Assembly: GCA_951406725.2 (NCBI GenBank)
Contig: OX597816.1
Location: 53,072,001 to 53,136,000, forward strand
Direction: 5' to 3'
DNA from: Octopus vulgaris
Taxonomy: Eukaryota
Length of the DNA: 64,000 bases
Both the position numbers and the translations under genes were made by a program. This document shows positions 50,937 through 63,870 of the stretch, piece after piece. The stretch's first letter is position 1, and each line of letters starts with the position of its first letter. The notes beneath the pieces were generated by a model. The model ran no database searches, had not been told where the DNA came from, and worked only from the letters and a program-made list of their open reading frames with translations.

Positions 50937-51312
50937 GTCACCGTGATCACCGTGACCGACCAGGCTATCAGATGTTGCTACACATCGCTGGTCACAATGC
51001 GCTTCGCATTGCTATAGCCTTCAAATGATGCCACACCACTGGCTAAGTGAGCAGGCCAAGAGAAAAAAAAGTGAGATAAAGTTGTGACGAAAGAATAAAG
51101 CAGGGATCGCCACCACCCCACTGCCAGAGCTTTTTGGAGCTTTTAGGTATTTTCGCTCAATAAACACTCTCAACACCCGGTCTGGGAATCGAAACTGCAA
51201 TCCTACGACGCGAATCCACTGCCCTAACCACTACGCCTCCACACACACACACACATATATATCCTACAACCACGAGTCCACTGCCCTAACCACTGGGCCA
51301 TTGCACCTCCAC
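50937..51312 (-). mobile_element. tRNA-derived SINE family C, with duplicated head
   Basis: Homologous to 15880-16162. Confidence 0.75.
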
Positions 51313-52547
51313 AGATATGTATATGTATATATATGTATATATACATACAAAACACTTTAAATTATGAGTATGTTAAGAACACTTATATTTCATTGCAAAA
51401 TCACTGATGAAATCCAATTTCAAGGAATGAACCCAGTCTGGATTCTTTCAATGTATTTGTTCATAAAAATACTGAATATGCAAGCACATTGTTTACAAGT
51501 TGTATACATAAATCCTTGACCAAAACATCTAGCTTATATTTTATAGTACAATATAGTAATATTTAAATATATACTAAGTTGGCCAGCTGGCAGAATTATT
51601 AGCATGCCAGGCAAAATGCTTAGCAGTATTACATCCATCTCTAACAATCTGAGTTCAAATTCTACTAAGGTCAACTTTATCACTCATCCTTTCAGAGTCA
51701 ATAAAATAAGAACCACTTGAGCATTGGGGGGGGGGGATGTAATCGACTTACTCCCTCCCCAGGACTTGCAAGCCTTGTGCCAAAATATAAAACAAATATT
51801 TAAATATACATGTCTTGTGTTGAAATCACACACCAACAGTTAACAAAAATTATCATCATATGGAATGACATTCATTTTTAATCTCCCATGAAAATATGTC
51901 CTGAAATTGTGCTACCTGTGTTCAATGTTCTGGAGAATATACTATTTTGATTGTAAACAGATAAGGGTTAACAACAGGAAGAGCACCCAACCATAGTAAT
52001 TCTGCTTGAATGAATTTTGCCTGCCTCATGCAAGCATGGAAAATGAGCATTAAAATGATGACAACGATGAAGGTGATGGTGGTGGCGGTGGTAGTTGTTT
52101 TGATGGTGGTGGTGGTGGTTTTGGAGTAAAAGACACAGAAAGGAATAAAATACAAGAAACACTTAGAGAACCTTCTTTAACCAGAATATATAATCCAATT
52201 TAGATTTTCTGGTTTTAGTTATTTCCCTTCAGTTGCATTCCAAATACTTTTAGAAAAGGTTATAAATATTAGAATTTCCTGTTTCAATAAAAATCAACAG
52301 AACCAATATCCTATTGAAAGATAGCTCTGATAAGAACCATTTTGCATATTGTGACTATTTATCATAAGAGCATTAAATATATGAAATATCTACAGAATCA
52401 TATTGCTCATAATATGTGAATGTGGGTGTAGCTGCACAGTTAAGTTGTTCATTTCAAAATCATATGGTTTCAGGTTCAGTTCCAGAATGCAAGACCTAAA
52501 TCATTTCAGCCATTGACATCCCAAATGAGATATTTTTGTAGGACATA

Positions 52548-53150
52548 TAGGTGCAGCTGTGGTTGTGTGGTAAGAAGCAAGCTTTTTACCACATACGGTG
52601 TCAAGCTGGCAGAAACGTTAGCATGCCGGGCAAAATGATTAGCGGTATTTCGTCTGCCGTTATGTTCTGAGTTCAAATTCAGCCGAGGTCGACTTTGCCT
52701 TTCATCCTTTTGGGGTCGATTAAATAAGTACCAGTTACGCACTGGGGTCGATGTAATCGACTTAATTCCTTTGTCTGTCCTTGTTTGTCCTCTCTGTGTT
52801 TAGCCCCTTGTGGGTAGTAAAGACATAGGTATTTCGTCTGACGTTACGTTTTGAGTTCAAATTCCTCCGAGGACAACTTTGCCTTTCATCCTTTTGAGGT
52901 CAATAAATTAAGTACCAGTTACATACTGGAGTCGATGTAATTGATTTAATCTCCTTGTCTGTCCTTGCTTTTCCCCTCTATGTTTAGCCCCTTGTGGGCA
53001 ATAAAGAAATAAGAAGCTTGCTTCCCAAATACATGTTCTTGGGTTCAGTCCACTGCATGGTACCTTGGGCAAGTATCTTCTATTTTCGCCTCAGGCTGAC
53101 CAAAGCCTTGTGAGTGGACAGGATAGATGGAAGCTGAAAGAAGCCCATCG
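52548..53150 (+). mobile_element. Family B SINE head interrupted by a family A dimer (52598-53010)
   Basis: Two family A bodies in tandem between family B head fragments. Confidence 0.8.
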
Positions 53151-53647
53151 TGTGTGTATACCCACACATGCAGAAGTACTTCTGTTCCACACTATGTTCT
53201 GCAAGAAATATGCATTGTTTAATTAGTGACAAGCCATAAGGTGTAAAAATATGCAAGTTAAGCTATCCACTATAAAGACAACTGGATTTCTGACTGTATT
53301 ATAAAGCAGTTGAACATGCTATCCTATTAACTTGGGGAAGGAATCTGGTTGTGTCTTCTCTCAAGAATGATCCACAAACCTTGAAATAGCTTATCAAGAG
53401 ACCCCTCACTAATACTTCTGCACATCGAAAGCATAGAAAGAATGTATTTATATTCCTATTTTTTTCCACCACTAAGCTTATATATATATATATATATATA
53501 TATACAACTTTACACACACACACATATGTGTGTGTGTGTGTATGTATGTATATTCAACCTCTTTAATAAACATATTTTATCTCAAAGTGAACGTATGAAT
53601 GTATAATTTACTTTCTCTGCAGGTTCTATTTTAATGGCAAGAATAAA

Positions 53648-53660
53648 CATATATATATAC

Positions 53661-53737
<77 letters not shown>

Positions 53738-53738
53738 C

Positions 53739-53769
<31 letters not shown>

Positions 53770-54080
53770 CATATACATATATATACATATATATGTATAT
53801 ATATGTGTATGTATATATACGTATATATACATATATACATATGTATATACGTATATATACATATATATACATACATATATACATATGTATATACGTATAT
53901 ATACATATATATATGCATGAACATATAAATATATACATATATATATATATATAGACATATAAATATATACATATATATATAAACATAAATATATACATAC
54001 ATATATAAATATATACATATACATATGTATATATATAAATATATACACATATATATATACATATATATTTATAAACATAT

Positions 54081-54133
<53 letters not shown>

Positions 54134-54140
54134 TATATAA
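53648..54140. repeat. ~490-bp (TA)n/(TACA)n microsatellite
   Basis: Directly visible. Confidence 0.95.
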
Positions 54141-54653
54141 AGCATGTTTTATGTAACTTCCATGTGCACAATTATTCATGACCTAACTCTGTTGGGACAT
54201 ATGTTATTAAATTTGAGCACAACAACTTGTATTATTATTATATACATTTTTTACGGTTTTGTTTTTCCTAAGAAGATACATTTTTTTCTTAACTTCAACA
54301 GTTGAGTGGTTAACATTAATAAATACAAAACTAGTTGGACAATTTTTTTGCTTAATCATTGAAGCTCGTGTGGTTTGTCTGCAGGTGATATTGTCACAGT
54401 TTGATGTATGTTTATTGAACACATAAATGTGATTTGTATATACATATTTATCCATAAATATGCTCTATTGGAAATTTTTTTACTGGTGTGTATACACACA
54501 TGTACAGAGAGTGAGAGATAGAGAAATATGTTCACAAGATAAATAGGTAGAAATTTAATTTGTTTATTCATTTTACATAGTTTTTTTTTTTCTATGCCTG
54601 AATGGGTTAAATGACTATTTAGTGAAACCTAGAATTCAAACCACTTTCTCTAA

Positions 54654-55083
54654 GTTCTTTTCTACTTAAGGCACAAGGCCCGAAATGTGGAGGGAGAAGG
54701 CCAGTCGACTAGATCGACCCAGTACACAACTGGTACTTAATTTATCAACCCCAAAGAGCGTAACTGGTACTTATATAATCGACCCTGAAAGGATGAAAGG
54801 CAAAGTTGACCTCGGCAGAATTTGAACTCAGAACGTAACAGCAGACGAAATACCTATTTCTTTACTACCCACAAGGGGCTAAACACAGAGGGGACACACA
54901 AGGACAGACACATGGATTAAATCGATTACATCGACCTCAGTATGTAACTGGTACTTAATTTATCGACCCCGGAAGGATGAAAGGCAAAGTCGACCTCGGC
55001 AGAATTTGAACTCAGAATGTAACGGCAGACAAAATACTGCTAAGCATTTCGCCTGGTGTGCTAACGTTTCTGCCAGCTTGCCA
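54654..55083 (-). mobile_element. Composite family A SINE multimer
   Basis: Long-tail and short-tail units lie inside one 13-bp TSD, CCACTTTCTCTAA (54641-54653 and 55081-55093). Confidence 0.8.
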
Positions 55084-55625
55084 CTTTCTCTAAATTATCA
55101 AGCTAGAGCAACACATTTATGACATGTACATCCTATTTATTGACCAGTTAGACGGCAGGAGATCATGCTGCAAAATTAGAACAAAAGTGAATGTCCTCGA
55201 GGTTCACATGCTCTTCAGATGTGACAAGCAAAGCCTACAATGATCAAGTTACAGAGGTTCAAGATAACCAGACCACCACAGAGAACACAAATCTTGCAGC
55301 TTACCATAATTCAGATCAGGGAAGAGCTTTAACAAGATTTAGAAGACTCACATCTCTTTGACTTTTACTCCAAGGCAAACACACTTAAAAATATGTTATT
55401 TCATTTCTCACCACTAGCAAGTCAAAAATAGGAGTAGATACAAATAAACTCGCATAATTTTCATTCAAGATGAATTCATTCCTGTCTCTTGGGTAAGCCA
55501 TTAATGTCTGTAGAATTTACATGCTAAGAAAGTTGATCCCTATATCCTAATTCTCTACCAGTGAGTATCTAAAAATTATTGGGCACATATATATGTATCT
55601 ATGTATATATATATATATATAGGAG

Positions 55626-55804
55626 GCACAGGAGTGGCTGTGGGGTAAATAGCTTCCTTACCAACCACATAGTTCCGGGTTCAGTTCCACTGCATGGCAC
55701 CTTGGGCAAGTGTCTTCTACTATAGCCTCGGGCCGACCAATGCCTTGTGAGTGGATTTGGTAGACGGAAACTGAAAGAAGCCCGTTGTGTGTGTATATAT
55801 ATAT

Positions 55805-55847
<43 letters not shown>

Positions 55848-56060
55848 TGTGCATGTATATGTTTGTGTGTCTATGTTTGTCCCCCCAACATCATTTGACA
55901 ACCGATGCTGGTGTATTTATGTCACCGTAACTTAGCAGTTCACCAAAAGAGAAAGATGGAATAAGTACTAGGCTTAAAGAATAAGTCCTGGAGTTGATTT
56001 CCTTGACTAAAGGTGGTGCTCCAGCATGGCTGCAGTCAAATGACTGAAACATATAAAAGA
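55626..56060 (+). mobile_element. CORE-type SINE family B
   Basis: Family B structure. Confidence 0.9.
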
Positions 56061-56241
56061 ATATATATATATCGTCAGTAGTTCATATATTTGGAAAAAA
56101 AATTACACACTAAAGTGCTTTATAGGTGTGAAACCAATGGTCACTTTATGACCAGCCATAACATTTGACTTTCTAAAATATATATACATATGTGTGTGTG
56201 TGTGTGTATGTGTGTGCATGTTTGTTCAGCTTTTCCTTAAA

Positions 56242-56636
56242 TCTTTATATGTAAAAGTAAGGTTGTGTCTGTCTCCTACGATTTAGATTCCTAACCACTC
56301 CCACATTTTGCGGTGCAGTTTAACCAAAACCGGGCGTCTTATAGTCATGATTCATATCGAGCCCTTCTGGGTATTAGCGCGCATCTACGATGAGTCTATG
56401 ATTTTAAAAATAATTTACCGTCATTTTTTTCCATTTTAATGCATTTTTTCGCTATTATATAAGGGAAGTAACTCTCTAAAAATGTCTACGATGAGTCAAC
56501 GATTTAAAAAAAAATTTACCATCATTTTTTTTCCATTTTTAATGCATATTTTTGCTATTTTTTGGCTATAACTCTCTAAAAATGCTTTATAGTTATTTCC
56601 CTTACAAACCCGAGCAACGCCGGGCAATACTGCTAG
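56242..56636 (+). mobile_element. Non-autonomous Helitron
   Basis: A|TC 5' end, hairpin CCCGAGCAACGCCGGG, CTAG|T 3' end. Internal ~100-bp tandem duplication. Confidence 0.8.
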
Positions 56637-56883
56637 TATATTATACAATGTTTGTTCGTTCCTGTTTACAACAGACACAAGAAACCTAATCCATAACAGT
56701 CTTAAACCAAAGGCCACAGTCATAATGAAGACCAACCAACACACACCACCATGAGAGATCTCTATATAATACATCTCTCCCAGCAACTTAGTGCTGGGTC
56801 ACACTTATAGATCTAGTAGGACTCATCCCTCTCCAGATCTGACCACAGTCAGCTTCTTCCAGAAGGAGAGAAAGAGACAAATG

Positions 56884-56982
56884 GAAGAAGAAGAAGAAGA
56901 AGAAGAAGAAGAAGAAGAAGAAGAAGAAGAAGAAGAAGAAGAAGGAGGAGGAGAAGGAGGAGGAGGAAGAGGAGGAGGAGGA
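56884..56982. repeat. (GAA)n(GGA)n microsatellite
   Basis: Directly visible. Confidence 0.95.
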
Positions 56983-57243
56983 TGCTTTATTTAGTGACTC
57001 ACTGAATGACCAAGAGTCAAATTTGACTTCAGCCGGATTTGAATTAACAGTGTTGCTGTTGTAAGTTTCTTCTTTTAACAAACTGTCCACGCATTTCCCA
57101 TTTCCAAGTGTATGTATGAGAGATCCCTTATTTGAATAACAAGTAAGGGTAGATAACAAAAATAACAATCCAGCTGTAAAACAATACTTTATTAATGTTT
57201 TCATCTAACTCCTTCTAACATGGGAAAACACTGAAAAACGAAT

Positions 57244-57315
<72 letters not shown>

Positions 57316-58181
57316 CGTATGTATAGTTATAGGGTGTTGCAATCCAAAAAGATCTTGGTACAGGAAGTTAGTAAGCAACAAGCATGAAGACAACTTGAAT
57401 AGATAACAAAATTGAATAATATACAATAAGGAAAGATTGATAGCTAAAGTTTTCTATATGTATGACAAGTTAAGTAAAACATATAAGAGTGTGTTTGAAA
57501 CATATGTAACCCTTATTTGCCCTTTCCATTCCTTACATTCTTTGAGAGAGAGAGAGAAAGACAGAGACAGACAGACAGAGAGAAGATAGAGAGAGATTAT
57601 AGGCACACAGTCAATCTAAGTGGCATTTAGTATTGCATTGTATCACTCAGACAACACCTACTAAATGGTAATGGGAGAAATGAGTACAATACATATGTGA
57701 AAATAATAGCATCTTGAGAGCAGGTGAAGAACATATGAATAGATATTTTGAGCATACACTATGTCTATGGGACCCAAAGGCCACTAGACTAAAACCTATT
57801 TATACATAAACTTGGAAAAGTTTGAGAGTAAACTTTATCTCAAATAGTCATTATTTATGTATTTTGTATCTATTGTAATTTGTTTTTAATACCCTGTTGG
57901 ACATACTCAGTGAAGTATAAATATATTAGTAACTTGGTTATAATGTTTTATATACACACACACACACACATATTTATACACACACATACAAACATGTACA
58001 TACATGTATATATATATGTAAGTGCACACGTACATATTAATATATATGTACATATATATATGGCAAATGAAAGACAAAAGATGGAATATACAAGAATTTA
58101 TTAAATACGACAATTGTTTTGACACATCTAGTAAGCTACCAGGTGTAAACCATTCGTTTTATTATCCAATATGTACATATA

Positions 58182-58220
<39 letters not shown>

Positions 58221-58221
<1 letters not shown>

Positions 58222-58480
58222 TTACATGCAATTAAATATATCTTCATAGATAGACCAAGGTTTTACATCCATAAAGCCCTTAGCTTCATAGACGCCTCAT
58301 CAGACTGTAATGGCAGAAGACATTAAAATGTGATGAGGCATCTATAAAGCTAAAAGCTTTATAGATGCAAAACCATTGGTCACTCTATGACTAGACACAT
58401 ATTTAACTGCATGTAAATACATTACTATTCTACTATTTTGAGTATGCTCCTTTTTCGGATATATGATCCACTGATAATCC
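58221..58480. mobile_element. PLE-type terminal repeat with inverted 5' copy, giving two back-to-back HHR-like motifs
   Basis: Plus: GTGATGA-G-GCATCTATAAAGC..GCTTTATAGATGC-AAAAC-CATTG-GTC. Minus: CTGATGA-G-GCGTCTATGAAGC..GCTTTATGGATGT-AAAAC-CTTG-GTC. Confidence 0.75.
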
Positions 58481-58491
58481 ATATATACATC

Positions 58492-58795
58492 TGAGACCCC
58501 CTTCGGTCACAACACAGACCATGGGTTTGCAACTAGAAAGTTACCCTCCCAGGCACAAGTCCGGGCAAGGTTGTTTATGGAAGACCAGCAGTCGCCCATG
58601 CATACCAGCCTCCCCTCTCCACACCACCAGTTTTATCCAAAGAAAAGGCAAAGGCCGATACAGCTTGGCACCAGTGACATCACAACTCATTTCTACAGCT
58701 GAGTGAACTGGAGCAATATGAAATAAAGTGTCTTGCTCAAGAACACAACACACAACCTCACAATCATAAGCTCAACACTCTAAACACTGAGCCAT
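58492..58795 (-). mobile_element. CORE-type SINE family D
   Basis: Reverse complement of 22391-22720. Confidence 0.85.
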
Positions 58796-58859
58796 ATATA
58801 TATGTGTACGTAAATGGATATGTAAGTAAACAGACAGTTTCTGGGTATTGTGATTGTCC

Positions 58860-58920
58860 AGTGATTGTTGTGCGCTGATGATAGGTCAATACCCAGAAAC
58901 TGCAGTCCGTGCGTATCACT
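58860..58920 (+). ncRNA. Type I hammerhead ribozyme with palindromic helix III
   Basis: AGTGAT-TGTT-GTGCG-CTGATGA-TAGGT-CAAT-ACCCA-GAAAC-TGCA-GTC-CGTGC-GT-ATCACT. All core nucleotides present; cleavage predicted after C58907. Confidence 0.8.
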
Positions 58921-59167
58921 TAGGTTGACAAGGGAAGGATGACCTCCCTTTGCAAATACCGATAGGGCACAGAAAGTGTGTCAATAGCCAGCTGGAGAAG
59001 ATGTTCTCCTGGGGCTACAAGCTACAGTAACATCTACCCTTAGTGGTTAGCCATATTGAGATGGCAAATATACTTCACATTGTATTATATATATATATAT
59101 GTATATACATATAAATATTATATACATATATATGTGTATATATATTACATATATGTATATATATATA

Positions 59168-59740
59168 TGACCTCAGAGAGTTGGGCCTCACAGAGGCAAT
59201 GGCGAAGGACCGAGATCTCTGGAGATGTGCTGTGACTGCAAAGACCCGGGATGCTTCCGGCACCAGTTCCACATAGCCCCTGCCCATTCAAAGTACCTTG
59301 GATCCCAGAACATCTCGCTGTGCTTGAGGAGACCTGTTGAGTCAAGTGCATGTGCATGTACATGAACATCGAAACAAATATCAATGGAAATAGTAGTTGT
59401 GATACCTGTGCCGGTGGTACATACAAAGCACCATCCGAACGTGGCCGATACCAGCGCTGCCTCGACTGGCTTCTGTGCCGGTGGCACGTTAAATGCAGCA
59501 CCAACCGATTGTGGCCGATGCCAGACTCCCCTGGCACCTGTGCCGGTGGCACGTAAAAAGCACCCACAACACTCGCGGAGTGGTTGGTGTTAGGAAGGGC
59601 ATCCAGCTGTAGAAACACTGCCAGATCAGACTGGAGTCTGGTGCAGCCCCTGGCTTCCCAGACCCCGGTCGAACCGTCCAACCCGTGCTAGCGCGGAAAA
59701 CGGACGTTAAACGATGATGATGATGATGATGATGATGATG
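59168..59740 (+). mobile_element. RTE LINE 3' end (last codons, UTR, (GAT)n)
   Basis: DLRELGLTEAMAKDRDLWRCAV..., then the conserved UTR and tail. Confidence 0.9.
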
Positions 59741-59744
59741 AAAT

Positions 59745-60140
59745 ATATGGCTGCATGGTAAGAAGCTTGCTTCCAAACCAAATGGTTCAGGGTTCAGTCC
59801 TATTGTGTGGTACCTGGGGCAAGTGTCTTCTACAATAGCCTTGGGCTGACCAAAACCCTGTGAGTTGATTTAGCAGGCAGAAACTGAAAGTAGCCTGTCA
59901 TGTATATATTTGTGTGTATATATTTATGTGTGTGTGTTTTTGCGTCAGTGTTTGTTCTCCCACCATCACTTGACAACCAATGTTGGTGTGTTTATTTCCC
60001 TGAAACCTAGTAGTTTGGCAAAAGAGACCGACAGAATAAGTACTAGGCTTACAAAGAATAAATCCTGGAGTTGATTTCTTCAACTGAAGGAGGTGCTCCA
60101 GCGTGGCCACAGTCAAATAAGTGAAATGTTTAAAAGAGTA
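59745..60140 (+). mobile_element. CORE-type SINE family B, diverged
   Basis: Family B structure. Confidence 0.8.
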
Positions 60141-60565
60141 CATATATATATATATATATGTTACCTGATGAGGCCTGAGGCCTATATTTAGCATGAAACT
60201 TGAAGTCATGGAGAAGTAATATTTGTCTACTATATATTAATATAAGTATATATTTATTCAACAAAAATGTATTGCTCATTCTTTTTCATCAGGAAAACAG
60301 AAATTATTATAATACACTAACACCACATATATATATATAAATATATCTACACACACACAAGCACAAATATAAACATACACACATGCATATCTTCATGTAT
60401 GAGGGTGTATGCTTGCATATATGTATACATGTATGTATGAATATATAATAAAGGAATGAAGGAATACGTTCTAGTGCACACAAGCATGAAAAAGGAAACC
60501 CTCAATGCAAAAGCAAGTGCAATATATGTGTATGCGTATACACATGTGTAAGTATGTATATATAT

Positions 60566-60619
<54 letters not shown>

Positions 60620-60652
60620 CTGTATACATGTGGATGTGTGTGTGTGTGTGTA

Positions 60653-60688
<36 letters not shown>

Positions 60689-61157
60689 TGTATGTATTTC
60701 ATGCACGTTGCATGCATGTCCATGCAGTATATTTTCAATAAAATAATTAGTTCTTTTGAGCTGAATGAGGCCAATTTGGCAATCAATATAATTGATTGAT
60801 TCAGATTTTAGTATCATATTGGTGTTTGTTATATTAACTATGGAAGAAAGAAAAGACAGTCGATCTTAGACTGAATAGAACTGAGAAATGTTTAAAAAGA
60901 AAAAAAATCTGAACAAAGATATCATAAATCATCTTGACTCACTTATTACTAACTCTGAAATAAAGCCACGCTCAGAGATAATTCAAGGAATTTGCATCTT
61001 AGAGTGTTTGGGAATAAATAGAAAACTGAATGTTTGTGTATAAGTGATTTATTTTCTTAGGAAAAAAAAAGAAAAATAATTTAAAGAATTTTTATAGAAA
61101 CGAAACTACTTCTTCTTCTTCTTCTTCTTCTTCTTCATATTATTATCATTATTATTA

Positions 61158-61371
61158 AGGCGGTGAGCTGACAGAATCATTAGCACGCTGGGCAAAATGC
61201 TTAGCGGTATTTTGTCTGCTACTTCATTCTGAGTTCAAATTCTGCCAAGGTCGACTTTGCCTTTCAACCTTTCGGGGTCAATAAATTAAGTACCAGTTGC
61301 GTATTGGGCTTGATCTATTCGAGTGGTCCCCTCCCCCAAAATTTTGGGCCTTGTGCCTAGAGTAGAAAATA

Positions 61372-61405
<34 letters not shown>

Positions 61406-61603
61406 GGTGGTAAGTTGGCAGAATCGTTAGCACACTGGGCAACATGCTCAGTGGTATTTCGTCTGTTCAAATTCTGCCAAGGTCGACTTTGCCTTTCGTC
61501 CTTTTCTGGTTGATAGATTATGTATCAGTTAAGCACTGAGGGTCAATGTAAATGACTGTCCTCCTTCCCAGAAAATCCTGGCCTAGTGCCTATAGTAGAA
61601 AGG

Positions 61604-61642
<39 letters not shown>

Positions 61643-61780
61643 CTATTAAGGAAATTAGCTGGTTGAACCATGAGCATGCCAGGCAAAATGTTTAGCAGCA
61701 TTTCATCCATCTTTATGTTCCGCCGGGGTCAACTTTGCTCTTCATCCTTTCAGGGCCAATGAAATAAGTGGCAGTCAAGC
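61158..61780 (+). mobile_element. Three family A SINEs stacked head-to-tail between (TTA)n tracts
   Basis: Copies at ~61158, ~61404 and ~61648, each preceded by (TTA)n-AAGG. Confidence 0.85.
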
Positions 61781-62299
61781 CCTGGATGAGAAGGGGTAGA
61801 CATAACCGCAAAACCATACACACACATATATCCACACACACAATGGGCTTCCACACAGTTTCCGTCTACCTAATTCACTTAATCTTGTGAACTGTTGCAG
61901 AGTTATTTCTCTGAATTCTCCCTTGATATCTTTATCTCATCTCATTCATATGTATTTTACTTGGTTTCTCAAGATACAAGAACTTAGTTGTTAGGGTGTG
62001 AGGCTCATGTCCTTAAGGCAATAGGTTTGATACATTGTCTCTGTAATCAGGGTACTTCATTTCCTGTTGCTTCAATCTATCAACTAAAAATGAGTACCGA
62101 CCAAAGGCTGGTACAGCCTTCTTCCCCTCCAGCTTTTACATCCTAGATGTTCTTCTGGGTTGAGTGTTAGAGGGTTGAAAGAATGCTTACATTTTCTTGC
62201 AGCCTCAGCGGTACTGGAACAATAAGTGCTAAGAACATGCCAGAAACAAGTTCTTTTAAATGCCTGGCTGGTTCATTAGGAGTAGTTAATAGCTTCCAT

Positions 62300-62430
62300 T
62301 ATTAAAGTAACATAATTAGCAGTGGAGACAGTTGTTCTGAAAATATAGTAGCTAGGGTAAGAATCGGTTGGAAAAGGTTCAGGAAGCTTTTACCTCTGCA
62401 GATGCAAGGATATTTGATGGTTAGTGTATT
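62300..62430 (+). mobile_element. Decayed RTE RT fragment
   Basis: IISSGDSCSENIVARVRIGWKRFRKLLPL matches VSSGGGCAESVTARVRIAWAKFRELLPL. Confidence 0.7.
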
Positions 62431-63679
62431 ACTTTTCGAAGTCACTTTCCACAATTTTTTTTTTTCTTTTGATTTCCTTATTTGACAAAAGTGAGGTAAC
62501 TTGGACTTTAATAGACAACTGAGGCGACCATGCACGCCTGATCTAATTGTGGCTATAAAATTAATTTGATTTAATGTGATGTGAAAGTCATTTCATTGGG
62601 AACCTTTTTGAAATATGGAAAGCAAATCACCACTTGTACTATATCATAGAAAATGAACATAAAAAGAAACTAGATATAAAAACTAATCATAAACAGACAG
62701 TACAGCTCTCAATCACAAGTGACACATATGAGACTAGGTCAGAAAGTAATGCAATTTTTATTTACGCTACTTTATATACATTGTACTTGACTGTATATAA
62801 ACATCATAATTCTCATCATCTTTGTCATCATTGATTTGACTTCTACTTTTCCATGCTTGCATGGATCAGACAGAATTAAATTGAAGGAGATCTTCTATGG
62901 TCAGATGCTTTTCCTGCACCAACCCTCACCTATTTCCAAGTAGGGTAGTATTTCCATTTGGCTGGACATGTTTTTCACAGAAGATTGCAAACAAATAACA
63001 TAGCTATAGGATACTCATTAAGAATCATCATGTGATGTCAAAACGAATGTATACACACACAAACACTCATACATAAACACTCATACACAAACACTCAAAC
63101 ACACACACACACACACATGCACATATATATCATCACTGGGTTATATATCTGAAAAAGAAGTACACTCAAAACCATACATATATATCCAAAACCAGACACA
63201 TATTTAACTTCATGTAAGTACATCTATAATATAAATTGGACATGGGCGATCATTGCATTCTTTCTTGTCTTGAGGTTCAGAGCCAAATGGCTGGGTGGAT
63301 TTGTGTGGAAAATGGCACACATATGGAGACAGGTACATAGATTGGAATGCAGTTTGTATTTTTTCCTAACACCCATACTTAACGAGAAAATCGAATAAAA
63401 CTTTTCTAATGGAATTTCCCTCTTTCTTCTGCCATTAAAACAACCAGTTGCTTAGAAGCTGTTTTCTGACGGGGTGGGGTCAGGAAATTTTCATATAGCT
63501 GGAGGCTCCAATTGAAACAGGGGATCCGAAATGTTGAGGTTGAGAAACGCTGTTATAGATTATGCCTAACTGAAAATGATCACAGCCACATCATCCAAAC
63601 AGACTGGTTGAAACCGAGCTTAGCTGCTAGTATATATATATAGGCACAGGTATGGCTGTGTGGGAAGTAGCTTGCTTAG

Positions 63680-63870
63680 TGAGTAGATGTGAGTAGATGG
63701 TCATCTACTCGCAATACCAGAGGGCGCACACTCTCCTACCCTGATGTAATCTCCAGGGATACAAGCATCCAGCAACAGGACCTCTGTAATGCAATGATGG
63801 ACCGTGAAGTCTGGCGTAGCATGGTAAATTCCATTGTCTCGACCACTGTCGAACAATGATGATGATGATG
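63680..63870 (+). mobile_element. 5'-truncated RTE-like LINE end (second family) inserted into a family B SINE head
   Basis: RGRTLSYPDVISRDTSIQQQDLCNAMMDREVWRSMV...* plus (GAT)n. 11-bp TSD AGCTTGCTTAG (63669-63679 and 63871-63881). Confidence 0.8.

Noticed and set aside
51404-51445. CTGATGA followed by a stem, as a hammerhead
   Set aside because: No GAAA in the correct position and no convincing stem I.
53380-53417. 38-bp minus-strand micro-exon (SISEGSLDKLFQ)
   Set aside because: The splice signals could occur by chance, and no supporting neighbouring exons were identified.
53582-54171. Long Tyr/Ile ORFs
   Set aside because: Translations of the (TA)n microsatellite.
55219-55361. Open plus-strand stretch after CTCTTCAG (DVTSKAYNDQ...)
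   Set aside because: No recognisable protein similarity; cannot be supported without transcripts.
56788-57204. ORF with a signal-peptide-like start
   Set aside because: It runs through a SINE fragment and a GAA microsatellite, so it is most likely a chance ORF.
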